A stretch of DNA of 64,000 bases from Thermoplasmata archaeon. GTDB taxonomy: Archaea > Thermoplasmatota > Thermoplasmata > Lutacidiplasmatales > UBA184. The notes below the pieces were generated by a model. That model saw only the letters and a list, made by a program, of their open reading frames with translations. It searched no databases and was not told where the DNA came from. Position 1 is the first letter of the stretch, and every line of letters begins with the position of its first letter. Both the position numbers and the translations under genes were made by a program. The stretch covers positions 8,770 through 72,769 of the forward strand of contig DAHUYN010000009.1 in assembly GCA_027315165.1 (NCBI GenBank), in the 5' to 3' direction. Below, in pieces: positions 54,506 to 64,000 of the stretch.

Positions 54506-55216
54506 ATGGGGGTCGCCCAATCTCTGCCTGCCTCGACCTACGACCTCCCGCTCGTGCTCGATGAGATCGAATCGATCGTGGCCCCGCTGCGCCGGCAGCT
54601 CGATGACGCGTCGGCGGCGGTCTATCGTTCGGCCGGATTCCTGCACTTCGCGGCGGCGATCCTCCTCACGACCGTCAACCTGCTCGAGCTACCCCGGACG
54701 TCGCTGACCTTCGAGGCGATCGGTTCGGATGCGCTCACGTTCTCCGTCCCGCTCGTACTGGTCGGACTCGGGATCGCGTTCGTCTGGCGCCCTCGTGGCC
54801 TGCGACGATTCCAGAACTCCAATCGGTCCTGGCTGAGGAGGGCGTTCACCCGACAGCGGATCGTCGACTCACGCCTGGCCGAGGTGATGGACGAGCTTTC
54901 GTGGATGCAGCGAGAGATCTCGCGCGCGGTCGACTCGACGGCCGTCTTGTCGATTCTCCAGGTCGTTCTTCTCGCCGGGCTCGCGCTCTTGAGCTGGGTC
55001 GCAGCGACGAGCCTAGGCATCTTCCCTCACGCCGTAACGCCGCTGATCCCGGGGGCTGTCACGGCTACCCTCGCGGGCGCGACCGCCGTCGGCACCCTGG
55101 CAATCGTGTGGCGGGGACGGCGGGAGCTGCGGCGGTCGCGTGCGATGCTCGCCGAGCTCTCTCGGTCTCAGTACCGGATCGGATCGATTCAGCAGGCCTT
55201 CTGGGGGCGCTACTGA
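54506..55216 (+). CDS. Hypothetical 4-TM membrane protein
   Basis: Four hydrophobic helices. Co-oriented with the wHTH gene. Confidence 0.65.
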   Translation: MGVAQSLPASTYDLPLVLDEIESIVAPLRRQLDDASAAVYRSAGFLHFAAAILLTTVNLLELPRTSLTFEAIGSDALTFSVPLVLVGLGIAFVWRPRGLRRFQNSNRSWLRRAFTRQRIVDSRLAEVMDELSWMQREISRAVDSTAVLSILQVVLLAGLALLSWVAATSLGIFPHAVTPLIPGAVTATLAGATAVGTLAIVWRGRRELRRSRAMLAELSRSQYRIGSIQQAFWGRY

Positions 55217-55220
55217 AGGA

Positions 55221-55514
55221 ATGCCGGAGGGCCTACAACGACCGGACCTGTTCCTGGTCGCCCGGATCCTCGAGAACCTCGACCGCGCGGACGGTCCCGC
55301 GAGACCTACGAACCTTCAGTTGGCGAGCGCGATCAACTACACGCAGCTCGAGCGCTATCTCGAGTTCCTTAGCGGGAGAGGACTCGTGCAGATCCAGCCG
55401 GCGGAGGATGGGTCGTCGCGGATCCTCATCACCGCGAAGGGCCGCGAGGCTCTCACCTACCTCGCTCGAGCGATCCGCGACACCCTCCGGGAGGAGTTCT
55501 CGCGAAGAGTGTGA
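55221..55514 (+). CDS. Winged helix-turn-helix regulator (archaeal)
   Basis: TNLQLASAINYTQLERYLEFL..RGLV...ITAKGREAL. Confidence 0.8.
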   Translation: MPEGLQRPDLFLVARILENLDRADGPARPTNLQLASAINYTQLERYLEFLSGRGLVQIQPAEDGSSRILITAKGREALTYLARAIRDTLREEFSRRV

Positions 55515-56091
55515 CCCGACGCGCTCGAGCGGGTAGCACCGTCCGCTGTGCCGGCGCGCCCGTCGGCAGGCGCGGCATCCACCGTGGGCACCACGAGCCC
55601 GTGTCTGCCCGTCCGGGCTCGAGTGGCTCTCCGGCGAGGGGCCGGACGCTCCCGTTCGCTTCGAACCGTTCTCGGCGCCAAGTCAGGCGGCGGCGCCTCC
55701 GGCGCCGACGGCCCCCGTCGGCTCGGCGAAACCCCCGACGGCCGCGCCGCGCTCCCCGCGATGTTGGAGCTGTACGTCGGCGACGCGTGTGCAGCCTTCC
55801 GTCGGGCCATCTCCGGCGGCGCAACGGCGGTGTGAGGAGTACGCCGAACGGAAGAAGGAGGAGCAGAACGCATGAACGGAACGACGGACAAGCCGGGGCC
55901 GGGTGCCCCTCCCCGAACCCCACCCTCAAGTGTACAAACGAGAAGGGAGCACGTCAAACTCACAGCACGCCTGGGATGGCATCCGGATTCGGGACGAGGC
56001 GACGTTTCTGTTCGTGATGCCCGAGAATCTACGTGCGCGTCGTTACTGAGATAGATACATACTACGCCACCCCTCACATCCGCGAGGAGCG

Positions 56092-58497
56092 ATGCGCGTC
56101 AGGTCGTATCCGCGTCTTTCCGAGCGCGCCCCCGTCTGGATCCTTGTCGTCGCCCTGATCGTCGTCGGCGGGGGGATTCCAATCCCGGGTCTCTTCTCGC
56201 ACGTCAGACAGCATGGGGCTCTGGCAACCTCGCCTTCTGCCTTCGACGGTCAGAGCACGGTCGCATCCGAGACAAGCTCACCAGCCAGCGGGCTCGGCGT
56301 GTCGAAGGCCTTGGCATCGACCGCATCTCCCGCCCAGCCTGCCCACTCGTCTGGCGGCATTCCTTCCGCTCTGCCGGCTCAGTATGGCATCGCCCAGAAC
56401 GCCCGCTGGCGGAACGTGACGGCCGAGTCGAGTCTGTCGCCTACTCTCCGATCGGAGGAGTCCATGGCCTACGACCCCGTAGGCGGGTACACGATTCTAT
56501 TCGGGGGCGTCGATAACAGTGGATACGCTCTCAACGACACATGGGCCTACGAAAATCAGACATGGACTCTCCTTCACCCGACACGCTCCCCGCCAGCAAG
56601 GATGAACGAAGCGATGGCGTGGGACGCGGCAGACGGCTATCTCGTGCTTTTCGGTGGTCAGGAGGATGGGCAGACCTACTCGAACGACACGTGGGCGTTC
56701 GTCCACGGCACCTGGAAGGAGATCAGTGCCGCCGCCGGACCCTCGCCTCGCGTGGGAGCTTCGATGGCGTGGGACTCTGTTACCGACCGTGTGGTGCTCT
56801 TCGGTGGGGAGTTGTACGGAACGAACTACAACGACACATGGACGTACGTCGGGGGTAACTGGACCCGGTCGCATCCGGCCACCGTTCCGCCCGGCCGCTC
56901 TTTCGCCGCGATTGGATCGGATGATGAGAACGGTGAACTGGTGCTGTTCGGAGGCTGGGGCAATACGGTCCTTACCCTCAATGACACGTGGTCGCTCTCT
57001 GGTGGCAACTGGACCCAGCTAGCCTTGTCGCCCTCCCCTCCCGCAAGGCTCTACGCGAGCATGAGCTACCTGCCGTCGATTCAGTCGTTCGTCCTCTTTG
57101 GCGGAATGAACTCTAAGGGCGGCCTACTCTCTGACACCTGGTGGTTCAACGCCGGTGCGTGGGTCAATGAGTCAGGTGGAGCAAACCCGCTCGAGCGGGA
57201 CGTCTATGCGATGGCGACCGGACCGAGCTGTGACTGCCTGCTGCTGTTCGGCGGAGGAGCGAGGAACGGCTACTGGGCCAACGGGACCTGGGAGTACTAT
57301 TCCCTCAATCTGTCGGTAACGCCCAGCTCGGGCGTCGGCGAGGTGCCCTTCAACTTGACGTTCCGCTCCGCCTCGTCGAACGCTGTCCTCTCGACGGTGA
57401 ACTGGACCTTCGGCGACGGGAGCATCGGCTCGGGTCTCTCGGTGGCTCACACCTTCATCACGGTCGGGAACTTCACGATCTCGGTCGTGGCCTCGGATGC
57501 CGAGGGCGCGACCGCGAACCTTTCCCTCAAGATTCGAACGGTGAGTGCTCTGGACCTCCTCGCGGTTGCTACCCCGCTATCGGGGATCGCTCCATTGCCC
57601 ATCTCGCTGGCAGCTTCTGCCGTCGGGGGCCAGTCACCCTACTCCTTTGTCTGGAGTCTGGATGGTCAACCTCTTGTGACGACGCCGTTCGCGAACCTGA
57701 CCGTCAGCACGGTAGGGTCACACCTCGCGAAGGTGACCCTTCGGGACGGGCTCAATTACTCGCTTAACCGTTCGTTCGCCATCACCGTCATGTCCCCGAG
57801 GCCGGTGCCGCTGTCCGTCGGCATTCTGGCGAACCGCACCGGGGGACCTGCCCCGCTCTCCGTCGCCCTCTCGTCGTGGGAGTCGGGGGGGAGTCCCCCG
57901 TACGCGAGCGCGTGGAGCCTGGGCGATGGCAACACGTCGACGCAGACGCAACTCGATCAAACCTTCCTCGTGCCGGGAACCTACACGATCCACCTGGCCG
58001 TCTCCGATCTCAACGGAGACCTCGGCAATGCGTCGGCGACGGTCACGGTCTGGGCACCGCTTTCGGTGAGCGCGACCGTGAGCGTCCCCGCGTCGAGTAG
58101 AGACAACGCGCCGCTGACCGCGAACTTCACCGCCACGGTGCATGGGGGAGTTCCACCGTACACGGTGATCTGGGAGTACGGGAACGGGAGCGGGTCGGTC
58201 GGGTCCACTACGAGCCATCGGTTCACCATGGCGGGCACGTACTCGGTCACGGTCAAGGCGCTGGATGCGACAGGCGCGAACGCGACGAGCGAGGTGAACG
58301 TGACGGTCCTTCCCGGAGCTGCCACGGCGAGCGGCGGATGGGTGTGGACCGCTCCGGTGGCGGCGCTCTTGGCGCTCGTATCGTTCGCGATGGGCCTGTC
58401 GACCGCTGTGACGCTGGACCGGTTGCGGCGCCAGAGGCGTCAGGGCCCCGGCACGACCGAGGGCGCCGCTCGCGTCGATCAACGTCGCCGGCGGTAG
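56092..58497 (+). CDS. Kelch-repeat plus PKD-domain surface glycoprotein with TM anchor
   Basis: About 6 blades of MA(Y/W)D...LFGG...NDTW. PKD motifs WTFGDG, WSLGDG, WEYGNG. C-terminal TM plus Arg-rich tail. Confidence 0.9.
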   Translation: MRVRSYPRLSERAPVWILVVALIVVGGGIPIPGLFSHVRQHGALATSPSAFDGQSTVASETSSPASGLGVSKALASTASPAQPAHSSGGIPSALPAQYGIAQNARWRNVTAESSLSPTLRSEESMAYDPVGGYTILFGGVDNSGYALNDTWAYENQTWTLLHPTRSPPARMNEAMAWDAADGYLVLFGGQEDGQTYSNDTWAFVHGTWKEISAAAGPSPRVGASMAWDSVTDRVVLFGGELYGTNYNDTWTYVGGNWTRSHPATVPPGRSFAAIGSDDENGELVLFGGWGNTVLTLNDTWSLSGGNWTQLALSPSPPARLYASMSYLPSIQSFVLFGGMNSKGGLLSDTWWFNAGAWVNESGGANPLERDVYAMATGPSCDCLLLFGGGARNGYWANGTWEYYSLNLSVTPSSGVGEVPFNLTFRSASSNAVLSTVNWTFGDGSIGSGLSVAHTFITVGNFTISVVASDAEGATANLSLKIRTVSALDLLAVATPLSGIAPLPISLAASAVGGQSPYSFVWSLDGQPLVTTPFANLTVSTVGSHLAKVTLRDGLNYSLNRSFAITVMSPRPVPLSVGILANRTGGPAPLSVALSSWESGGSPPYASAWSLGDGNTSTQTQLDQTFLVPGTYTIHLAVSDLNGDLGNASATVTVWAPLSVSATVSVPASSRDNAPLTANFTATVHGGVPPYTVIWEYGNGSGSVGSTTSHRFTMAGTYSVTVKALDATGANATSEVNVTVLPGAATASGGWVWTAPVAALLALVSFAMGLSTAVTLDRLRRQRRQGPGTTEGAARVDQRRRR

Positions 58498-59101
58498 CGA
58501 GCGCCCCCCCTTGACCCGTCGTAACGTCTGCTGCCCTCAGGACGGGTGGGGGATCTACATTATTCGGGAAGCACCACGTTGATATCCCATGGCATCATTA
58601 TGGCCCAGCATGGTTATCAGAAGCCGTGCAGATACTTTGGTTCCTGCAACTAGTCACCCGCTGGCTGACACCCACTTCAGTTTGCTGCGCAGAGGGTCAA
58701 GCATATGCACCGGTGATCGACGTCCTTCGAACCTCACCCCGTGCGCAAGGGAAGCCCGTGGATCGACGGGCTGCCAGAGCCTTCTCGGTCTGACCCCGCA
58801 CTCAAGTGGCTTCAACCGACGTCGGATTCCCGAGCGGCGCGAGGGCCGGGCTCGACTTTGCCTCCTTATACGCACGGTGGCGGTTCTCATCCCAGTACCT
58901 GTACCCTCAGATTATCCCCTTAGGAGGCGAGGGGGATCTCTGGGTCTACATCGGACATCCGAACCCCGGGTCAGGGCCCCTGTGGCTAGATGAGAGCCTC
59001 GTCAGCACCTGGGACGTGTTAGGGGCTCCTGTGCGCAGCGGCATAAGTAGGGTCAAGATACGACGCCCCCTGAGTGTGATGGACCAGACCGAGGAGAGCG
59101 G

Positions 59102-61249
59102 GTGCGCGTAAGAGATAGCGTCATTCCGCGGTTGCAGCCCTGTGGCACCGGTGCGGCCCGCCCGCTGCTTCGCCCCGAGTCGGGTGCCGCAGTGGTCCTC
59201 TGCTTGCTCGTAGCGATGTCGGGGTTGCTGGCGACGTCGATCCCATCGGCGGCGGGAGCAGGGCAGAACCCGCTAACTCCTACCTCAGCACCCGCGCAAC
59301 GAACGAACCCCAATAATACATCACACACTGTGGCCGCGGCAACCGCAGCGCTTCCCTCCGGTGCCGCCGGCCCGACACACGCGACGGCTGTCGGAAGCAA
59401 CCCAATCTGGACGGAGCTTTCCCCGACGACGGCTCCCTCACCCCGGGCCTATGCCGGAACGGCCTACGATGCGGCCGACGGATACGTCGTATTGTTCGGT
59501 GGACTCCTTGGAACGGGACACAGCGGTATCGAGCCGTGGGTGCACTGCGCCAACGACACCTGGATCTTTCGGGACGGGACTTGGACCAACTTGTCGATTC
59601 CTGGACCCCCGGGCTCGTGCGGACCGGCGATGACCTATGACGCCGCCGACGACTACGTGGTCGAGTACGGCGGCAATCCCTCGAACACCTGTGACTGCAT
59701 CTCCCCGATCAACGAGACGTGGACCTTCGCGCATGGGAGCTGGACCCGACTGGACACGTTCAACCCGGACGTCAATTCTATGGGTACGATGGCGTACGAC
59801 CAGTCCTCCGGTGAGGTCGTGCTGTTCGGAGGTCATCAAAATCGCACGGGCTCCATCAATCCCACGACGTGGGCGTTCAGCGGCGGCGTGTGGACACAGC
59901 TTCATCCGAAGACATCTCCGAACGTCGGAGATACGGGTTCCGGAGCTGAAGTGATGGCGTGGGACGGCAGCGCGCAGACCGTTGCGCTAGTCCATGCGAA
60001 CTCGACATGGCTGCTGGAGAATGGCAGCTGGCAGCGGGTCGAGAGCCTGCCCTACTTGTCGGCCGGATTCAACGGATTCGCTTGGGACGCGAAGGAAGGC
60101 TACGATGTGCTCTTTGGGTCCACGATCCCGCCGTGGGACACGAGCCTCCAGCTCAACATCACATGGGTCTTCACACAGGGTCGCTGGGAGAATGCATCGA
60201 TCAACGGTCCCCCGACCCTCGGTGGCGATTCGTTGGTCTTCGACGCCTACGACGGCTACCTGTTGCTCTTCGGAGGAGGCGGCCTCGGTTCAACCGTCAA
60301 CAAGTCCGTGCTCCCCTTCTCGTCCGAGACCTGGATCTACACGACTCCGTCCATCCGTCTCGTCCTCTCGCTCGTCGCCCACCCCGCAGTGATCTGCAGC
60401 ACGGCGTCGGAGAACTGTGGGGTCGGCACGGACGAGACGTCTCTCACGCTCACGGTGGCGGCGGTAGCGGCCACCCCGAACGCGACCTACGGCGTCGATG
60501 ACGGACAGGGGAACGTCTCGTGGGGACCGTACTTCTGGGTGATGGCGCCCGAGCTCTCGTTCGTCGGCTGGGGGAACCTGCTGCCCGCAACACCACTGAA
60601 CGACACCTACACCTGCCACTACGGAACGGCGACACGCGTGGGCTGCACAGCGGTTCCTACTGTGACGTCCTTGGGGAGGGCGGGAAGCCTCCTCACGTGG
60701 AACCTCTCCGGCTCGGGCCCGTTCGGAGCGGTTGCCATCGGAGACACCTGGAGCCTGACGTTCGAGTCGCGGGCATTCGGTTCGCCGTTCGGAGCCGTGC
60801 CGGTCGACGCCTGCACGACGGAGGTCTGCCACGCGCAGGGCATTGGCATGGTAGACGGCTGGGAGACGGGACTGAGCTTCACGCCGTACGACAATCAGAC
60901 ACGAGTCTCCGTGTCGGGGCCGCTCGGCACCGTCACAGTCCTTCCACCCACCACCCCCACGACGCCACCGCCCTCGGTCGCCCCCCCACCACCGCCGATC
61001 GGCGTCGGCACCCCCTTGCCGACGCCATCTCCGAGCGTTCCGACCCCGGCTCCGACCCCCGTCGCGAGCCCGTCGGTGGCCCAGAACCTGTTGCTGGGCT
61101 CTGGGGTCTCGATATCGAGCCTCGCCGCGGGGGTGCTGGGCGCGGGGGTGGCGAGCGCCACGATCCGGCGGACCGGGCAGCGCGTGCCGATCGCGATGCG
61201 CGCCCGAGCGGCCGGCCGACGGAAGGACCGAGTTCGTGGCGAGGACTAG
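59102..61249 (+). CDS. Kelch-repeat surface protein with Pro/Thr linker and C-terminal anchor
   Basis: YDAADGYVVLFGG...NDTW blades, PT-rich stalk, hydrophobic segment plus basic tail. Confidence 0.85.
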   Translation: MRVRDSVIPRLQPCGTGAARPLLRPESGAAVVLCLLVAMSGLLATSIPSAAGAGQNPLTPTSAPAQRTNPNNTSHTVAAATAALPSGAAGPTHATAVGSNPIWTELSPTTAPSPRAYAGTAYDAADGYVVLFGGLLGTGHSGIEPWVHCANDTWIFRDGTWTNLSIPGPPGSCGPAMTYDAADDYVVEYGGNPSNTCDCISPINETWTFAHGSWTRLDTFNPDVNSMGTMAYDQSSGEVVLFGGHQNRTGSINPTTWAFSGGVWTQLHPKTSPNVGDTGSGAEVMAWDGSAQTVALVHANSTWLLENGSWQRVESLPYLSAGFNGFAWDAKEGYDVLFGSTIPPWDTSLQLNITWVFTQGRWENASINGPPTLGGDSLVFDAYDGYLLLFGGGGLGSTVNKSVLPFSSETWIYTTPSIRLVLSLVAHPAVICSTASENCGVGTDETSLTLTVAAVAATPNATYGVDDGQGNVSWGPYFWVMAPELSFVGWGNLLPATPLNDTYTCHYGTATRVGCTAVPTVTSLGRAGSLLTWNLSGSGPFGAVAIGDTWSLTFESRAFGSPFGAVPVDACTTEVCHAQGIGMVDGWETGLSFTPYDNQTRVSVSGPLGTVTVLPPTTPTTPPPSVAPPPPPIGVGTPLPTPSPSVPTPAPTPVASPSVAQNLLLGSGVSISSLAAGVLGAGVASATIRRTGQRVPIAMRARAAGRRKDRVRGED

Positions 61250-61479
61250 ATAGACCAACCTCGAAAGCGGGCTATATGACCCGAGTTTGGAGGTGTTACC
61301 GGATCTCCGTCAGTGGACGTGAAAGGGGCCATCATCTACGCGTCGCGTTTAGGCGGAGCGTGAAGCCGGGTCCGGGCGGCCGACATTCTCTGGGCGGATT
61401 ACCTTCGTCGTGCGGGGTAGGCGCCTCTCGGACGAGGGAGAAGGACCGCGACTCGGGGTCGCATGAACGGGGGTGCATC

Positions 61480-61983
61480 CTACTTTACGACGACCAACAT
61501 CTGGACTTGGGAGCCAGACGGGAGTGGAGTTCCCGGAGTCGAACCGGGACTCGCCCAGAGGGTAAAGTCCACCGCTGAAACATTCTGCCACTGAGCCCCG
61601 AGAGAGCTCACAACGAACCCGAACGCGCCCTGGCTTCCGGTTGCGTTGTAAACTGAGTGCGCTGCTTCTGTCACGCATCCGAGCCCAAGACACGACCAAG
61701 TCGCCTCGACGTTGGCGCTACCGTTTACGCTTACCCAAGCCACGGAAATGTTGGACAACCAGCCGGGAGTTCCTTCGAAGCATGGCGTTGAGGAGTTGAA
61801 TGTCAAGACCGATAGAGCCGACCGCGCGAATTGGAGCTGGCCGCAGGGGGTAGGTGGAAGAGATGATACGCGTCCAGCCGACGCTTGTCTATGTTGTGTC
61901 GGAGGACGCGAGAGGTAAAGCGCGAAAGTGCCCGCGACGATGACAACCGCCACCGCGATGGCTACAAGCTTTCTTGCGTCCAC
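61480..61983 (-). CDS. Hypothetical N-terminally anchored protein
   Basis: N-terminal TM (LVAIAVAVVIVAGTFALYL), sequons, Cys pairs. Confidence 0.65.
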   Translation of the reverse strand: MDARKLVAIAVAVVIVAGTFALYLSRPPTQHRQASAGRVSSLPPTPCGQLQFARSALSVLTFNSSTPCFEGTPGWLSNISVAWVSVNGSANVEATWSCLGLGCVTEAAHSVYNATGSQGAFGFVVSSLGAQWQNVSAVDFTLWASPGSTPGTPLPSGSQVQMLVVVK

Positions 61984-62081
61984 GAACTACTCACCGCCGC
62001 ATCGCGCTCAGTTTCTCTCAATTACCATAGTGGTACTTACGGGTGACTCCGCGAGTCGCAATCCGGAGGAATCCAACAGGT

Positions 62082-62740
62082 TCAAATACTCGCAACCCGC
62101 CCGAAGCACTGTAGGAACGTCCAAATCTTCGGCGACCCAACCCCGGTGCAGGCGTCGTAGAATCCGCCGGTGCCGTTAAGGAGTGGGGTGGCGAACCAGA
62201 CAGGATTCGAGTACGGCGTACCCGTCTCATTTATGTCGTGAAGTGTCACCGCGAGTCCGCACAACGACAGACCGCAATAGTTGAGGTCTGGGCCGTCGTC
62301 GTAGATGTACTCGTGGACTATGTCTCCTAGGTTGGGGTAGGGGAACACTCCTTGCAGATCGGCAAGTATGGCTGCCCACTGTGGCGCCCCGAAGCTCGTC
62401 CCCCCGCCTGAATCCAACCCGGTGCCCCGAGGCTGGTCTCGTAGAACCAGTATCCGGAGTAGTAGTCCGCATCGTAGGCGACATCAGGAACCGCCCGAGT
62501 CGTAGGGTGAAAGCTATTCGTGCCGTTCACAGTAGCGTTGGTCACATTGACCGCCTCAGAGGACTGATAAGTCGCCCATGGCCGTGGTACCGCCGCGCCC
62601 GAGGACCGACCTTTCAGGAGACCTCCCCCATCGTTCCCCGCAGGCTCCTTCGCCGAGCCCGCCGCTCGCAGGAGGAGGACCCCGAGCGACCCCTCCCCGC
62701 GCCGAGCCGACATTCACGGGGTGAGCTAGCATCGGCATCC
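62082..62740 (-). pseudogene. S53 (sedolisin/kumamolisin) protease C-terminal remnant, frameshifted
   Basis: RAVPDVAYDAD in one frame. GGTSFGAPQWAA, LHDI and YDACTGVGSP in another. The N-terminal part is absent. Confidence 0.78.
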
Positions 62741-62842
62741 GAGCACCCGTAGTCGCACGGCAAGGCCCCTCGTACCCACCGGTTCGCCGCTTTCTCTGGG
62801 TCCCTGCAAAAGTGATTTACGCGTTCGCGGTGCCCAACGAGC

Positions 62843-64000
62843 GTGAAGTCGGCAAGTCTTGTAACGATTCTGTTCGTTTGTCTGGTCTCCCTGCTCGTCG
62901 CGTGGCCGGGGCTCATCCCGAGCGGACCTCACGGCCCGGCCGGGGCCCCCCGTTCGGGCCCGTCGGGCGAGGCGAGCCTCGCCGAGGAGCGGTCCTTCGA
63001 ACCCACGCGTGTCGCGATCGACCGGAGCCCGGTCGCACGTTCCGGCGGGATCCAACCGTACGGCCTTGCGGTGACGCAGTCGACGCTAGACCTCATCAAT
63101 GGAACCTTGGTTCCGGGAAACTACCCCGTCGCGAACGGGTTCGGTCCCTCGAGCACCGAGCTCATGGCGTCGGGGACCGACGTCCTTGTAGGCTCGATCT
63201 TCACGAACGTCTACAGCCGACTGAACCTGACCACGGACCTGGTAGATCGCGGGCTCAGCCTTCCCAGCTCTGCGACGGGCCTGGCCAACAACTCCGGCGC
63301 CTCCGTGTACTACGCGACGGACGGAAACGAGGTCGTCGCCTTCGGTCCCGATCTGAGCGAAATCGCCTCCGTCAACCTCGGAGTGGCCACCTCCGGGGTC
63401 GCGGTCGACCCCTCGAACGGCGATGTGTTCGTGACGGAGTATCAGAACGACACCGTCGCTGTCCTCCCGGCCAACCTGGGGTCGGTGATCGCCACGATCG
63501 GGGTCGGCTCCGAGCCCGAAGCGATCACGTTCGTTCCGGGCGCGAGCGCAATCCTCGTCGCTGACTTCGGGACGAGCCAGCTCTCGGTGATCGACCCCAC
63601 GACGCTCGCGCTCACCGGGAATCTCTCGGTGGGAAAGGGGCCGAACGGATTCTACTTCGACCCGGGGAACGCCGAGCTCTACGTGGACAACGGGCAGTCC
63701 GGGAACACGACGGTGCTGGACGCCTCGACCCTCCACTCGGTGGCGGGCCTCCCCTTCTCCTGGACTCTCGGGGGGGTCGCGCGCGATGCGTCGGGCGGGC
63801 TCCTGTTCTTCTACGGGGGACTCAGCACGTCGATCCAGGTCGTGTACGAGTCCAACAACTCCCAGGCGTCGGCGATACGGACCCCGGAGCAGATCTCGAT
63901 CCGCTTCCTCACCTTCGCCCCGACGGTCGGGGACCTCTACGTCGCCAACACGACCACCAACGGCGTCGACCTGTACGATGTCGCGACCGACAGCTGGGTG
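62843..64000 (+). CDS. YncE/YVTN beta-propeller secreted protein, 3'-truncated by window edge
   Basis: My translation from GTG 62843 gives a signal MKSASLVTILFVCLVSLLVAW, then TLDLINGTLVPGN and propeller blades (VAVDPSNGDVFVTE, IGVGSEPEAI). It is absent from the ORF track because it has no stop. Confidence 0.82.
   Translation, partial: MKSASLVTILFVCLVSLLVAWPGLIPSGPHGPAGAPRSGPSGEASLAEERSFEPTRVAIDRSPVARSGGIQPYGLAVTQSTLDLINGTLVPGNYPVANGFGPSSTELMASGTDVLVGSIFTNVYSRLNLTTDLVDRGLSLPSSATGLANNSGASVYYATDGNEVVAFGPDLSEIASVNLGVATSGVAVDPSNGDVFVTEYQNDTVAVLPANLGSVIATIGVGSEPEAITFVPGASAILVADFGTSQLSVIDPTTLALTGNLSVGKGPNGFYFDPGNAELYVDNGQSGNTTVLDASTLHSVAGLPFSWTLGGVARDASGGLLFFYGGLSTSIQVVYESNNSQASAIRTPEQISIRFLTFAPTVGDLYVANTTTNGVDLYDVATDSWV

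Noticed and set aside
55515-56091. ORFs 55453-55929, 55457-56077 and 55548-55835
   Set aside because: They are low-complexity, mutually overlapping and motif-free, so no CDS can be supported.
1-64000. Hundreds of long Arg/Pro/Gly-rich ORFs in the track (e.g. 119-1486, 18026-19714, 43257-45779, 46313-49903)
   Set aside because: These are shadow frames of real genes in high-GC DNA. They have no motifs and overlap well-supported CDSs.

Overview
This is a GC-rich archaeal chromosomal segment. Archaeal markers are aIF2-beta with a TRAM domain, deoxyhypusine synthase, a presenilin-type PSH protease, a thermosome subunit and TrpB2. The surface-protein repertoire suggests a Thermoplasmata lineage, which is an inference. 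From left to right the window holds: (1) a translation operon ending in tRNA-Lys(CTT); (2) a compositionally distinct island of about 5 kb with an in-frame DNA-methyltransferase/tyrosine-recombinase chimera, GNAT, DinB and a decayed IS701; (3) transport and regulatory genes, including a structured leader upstream of a DUF981-like gene and a cyclase-STAND-TPR protein; (4) an anaerobic aromatic-ring reduction cluster (oah-bcrB-bcrA'-bcrD-bcrC-had) with a divergent crotonase and an HTH_10 regulator, resembling a Thauera-type class I benzoyl-CoA reductase in an archaeon, which is the most notable system here; (5) thermosome, an ATP-grasp/phosphatase fusion, a truncated RFC-like ATPase, GHMP kinase, TrpB2 and an integrase; (6) a long array of membrane-anchored surface proteins interrupted by an ABC exporter, an IS5-like remnant, a RelE-type toxin-antitoxin pair and a frameshifted S53 protease remnant. 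No CRISPR array or rRNA was seen. All family calls come from motif recognition by eye, not from database searches.
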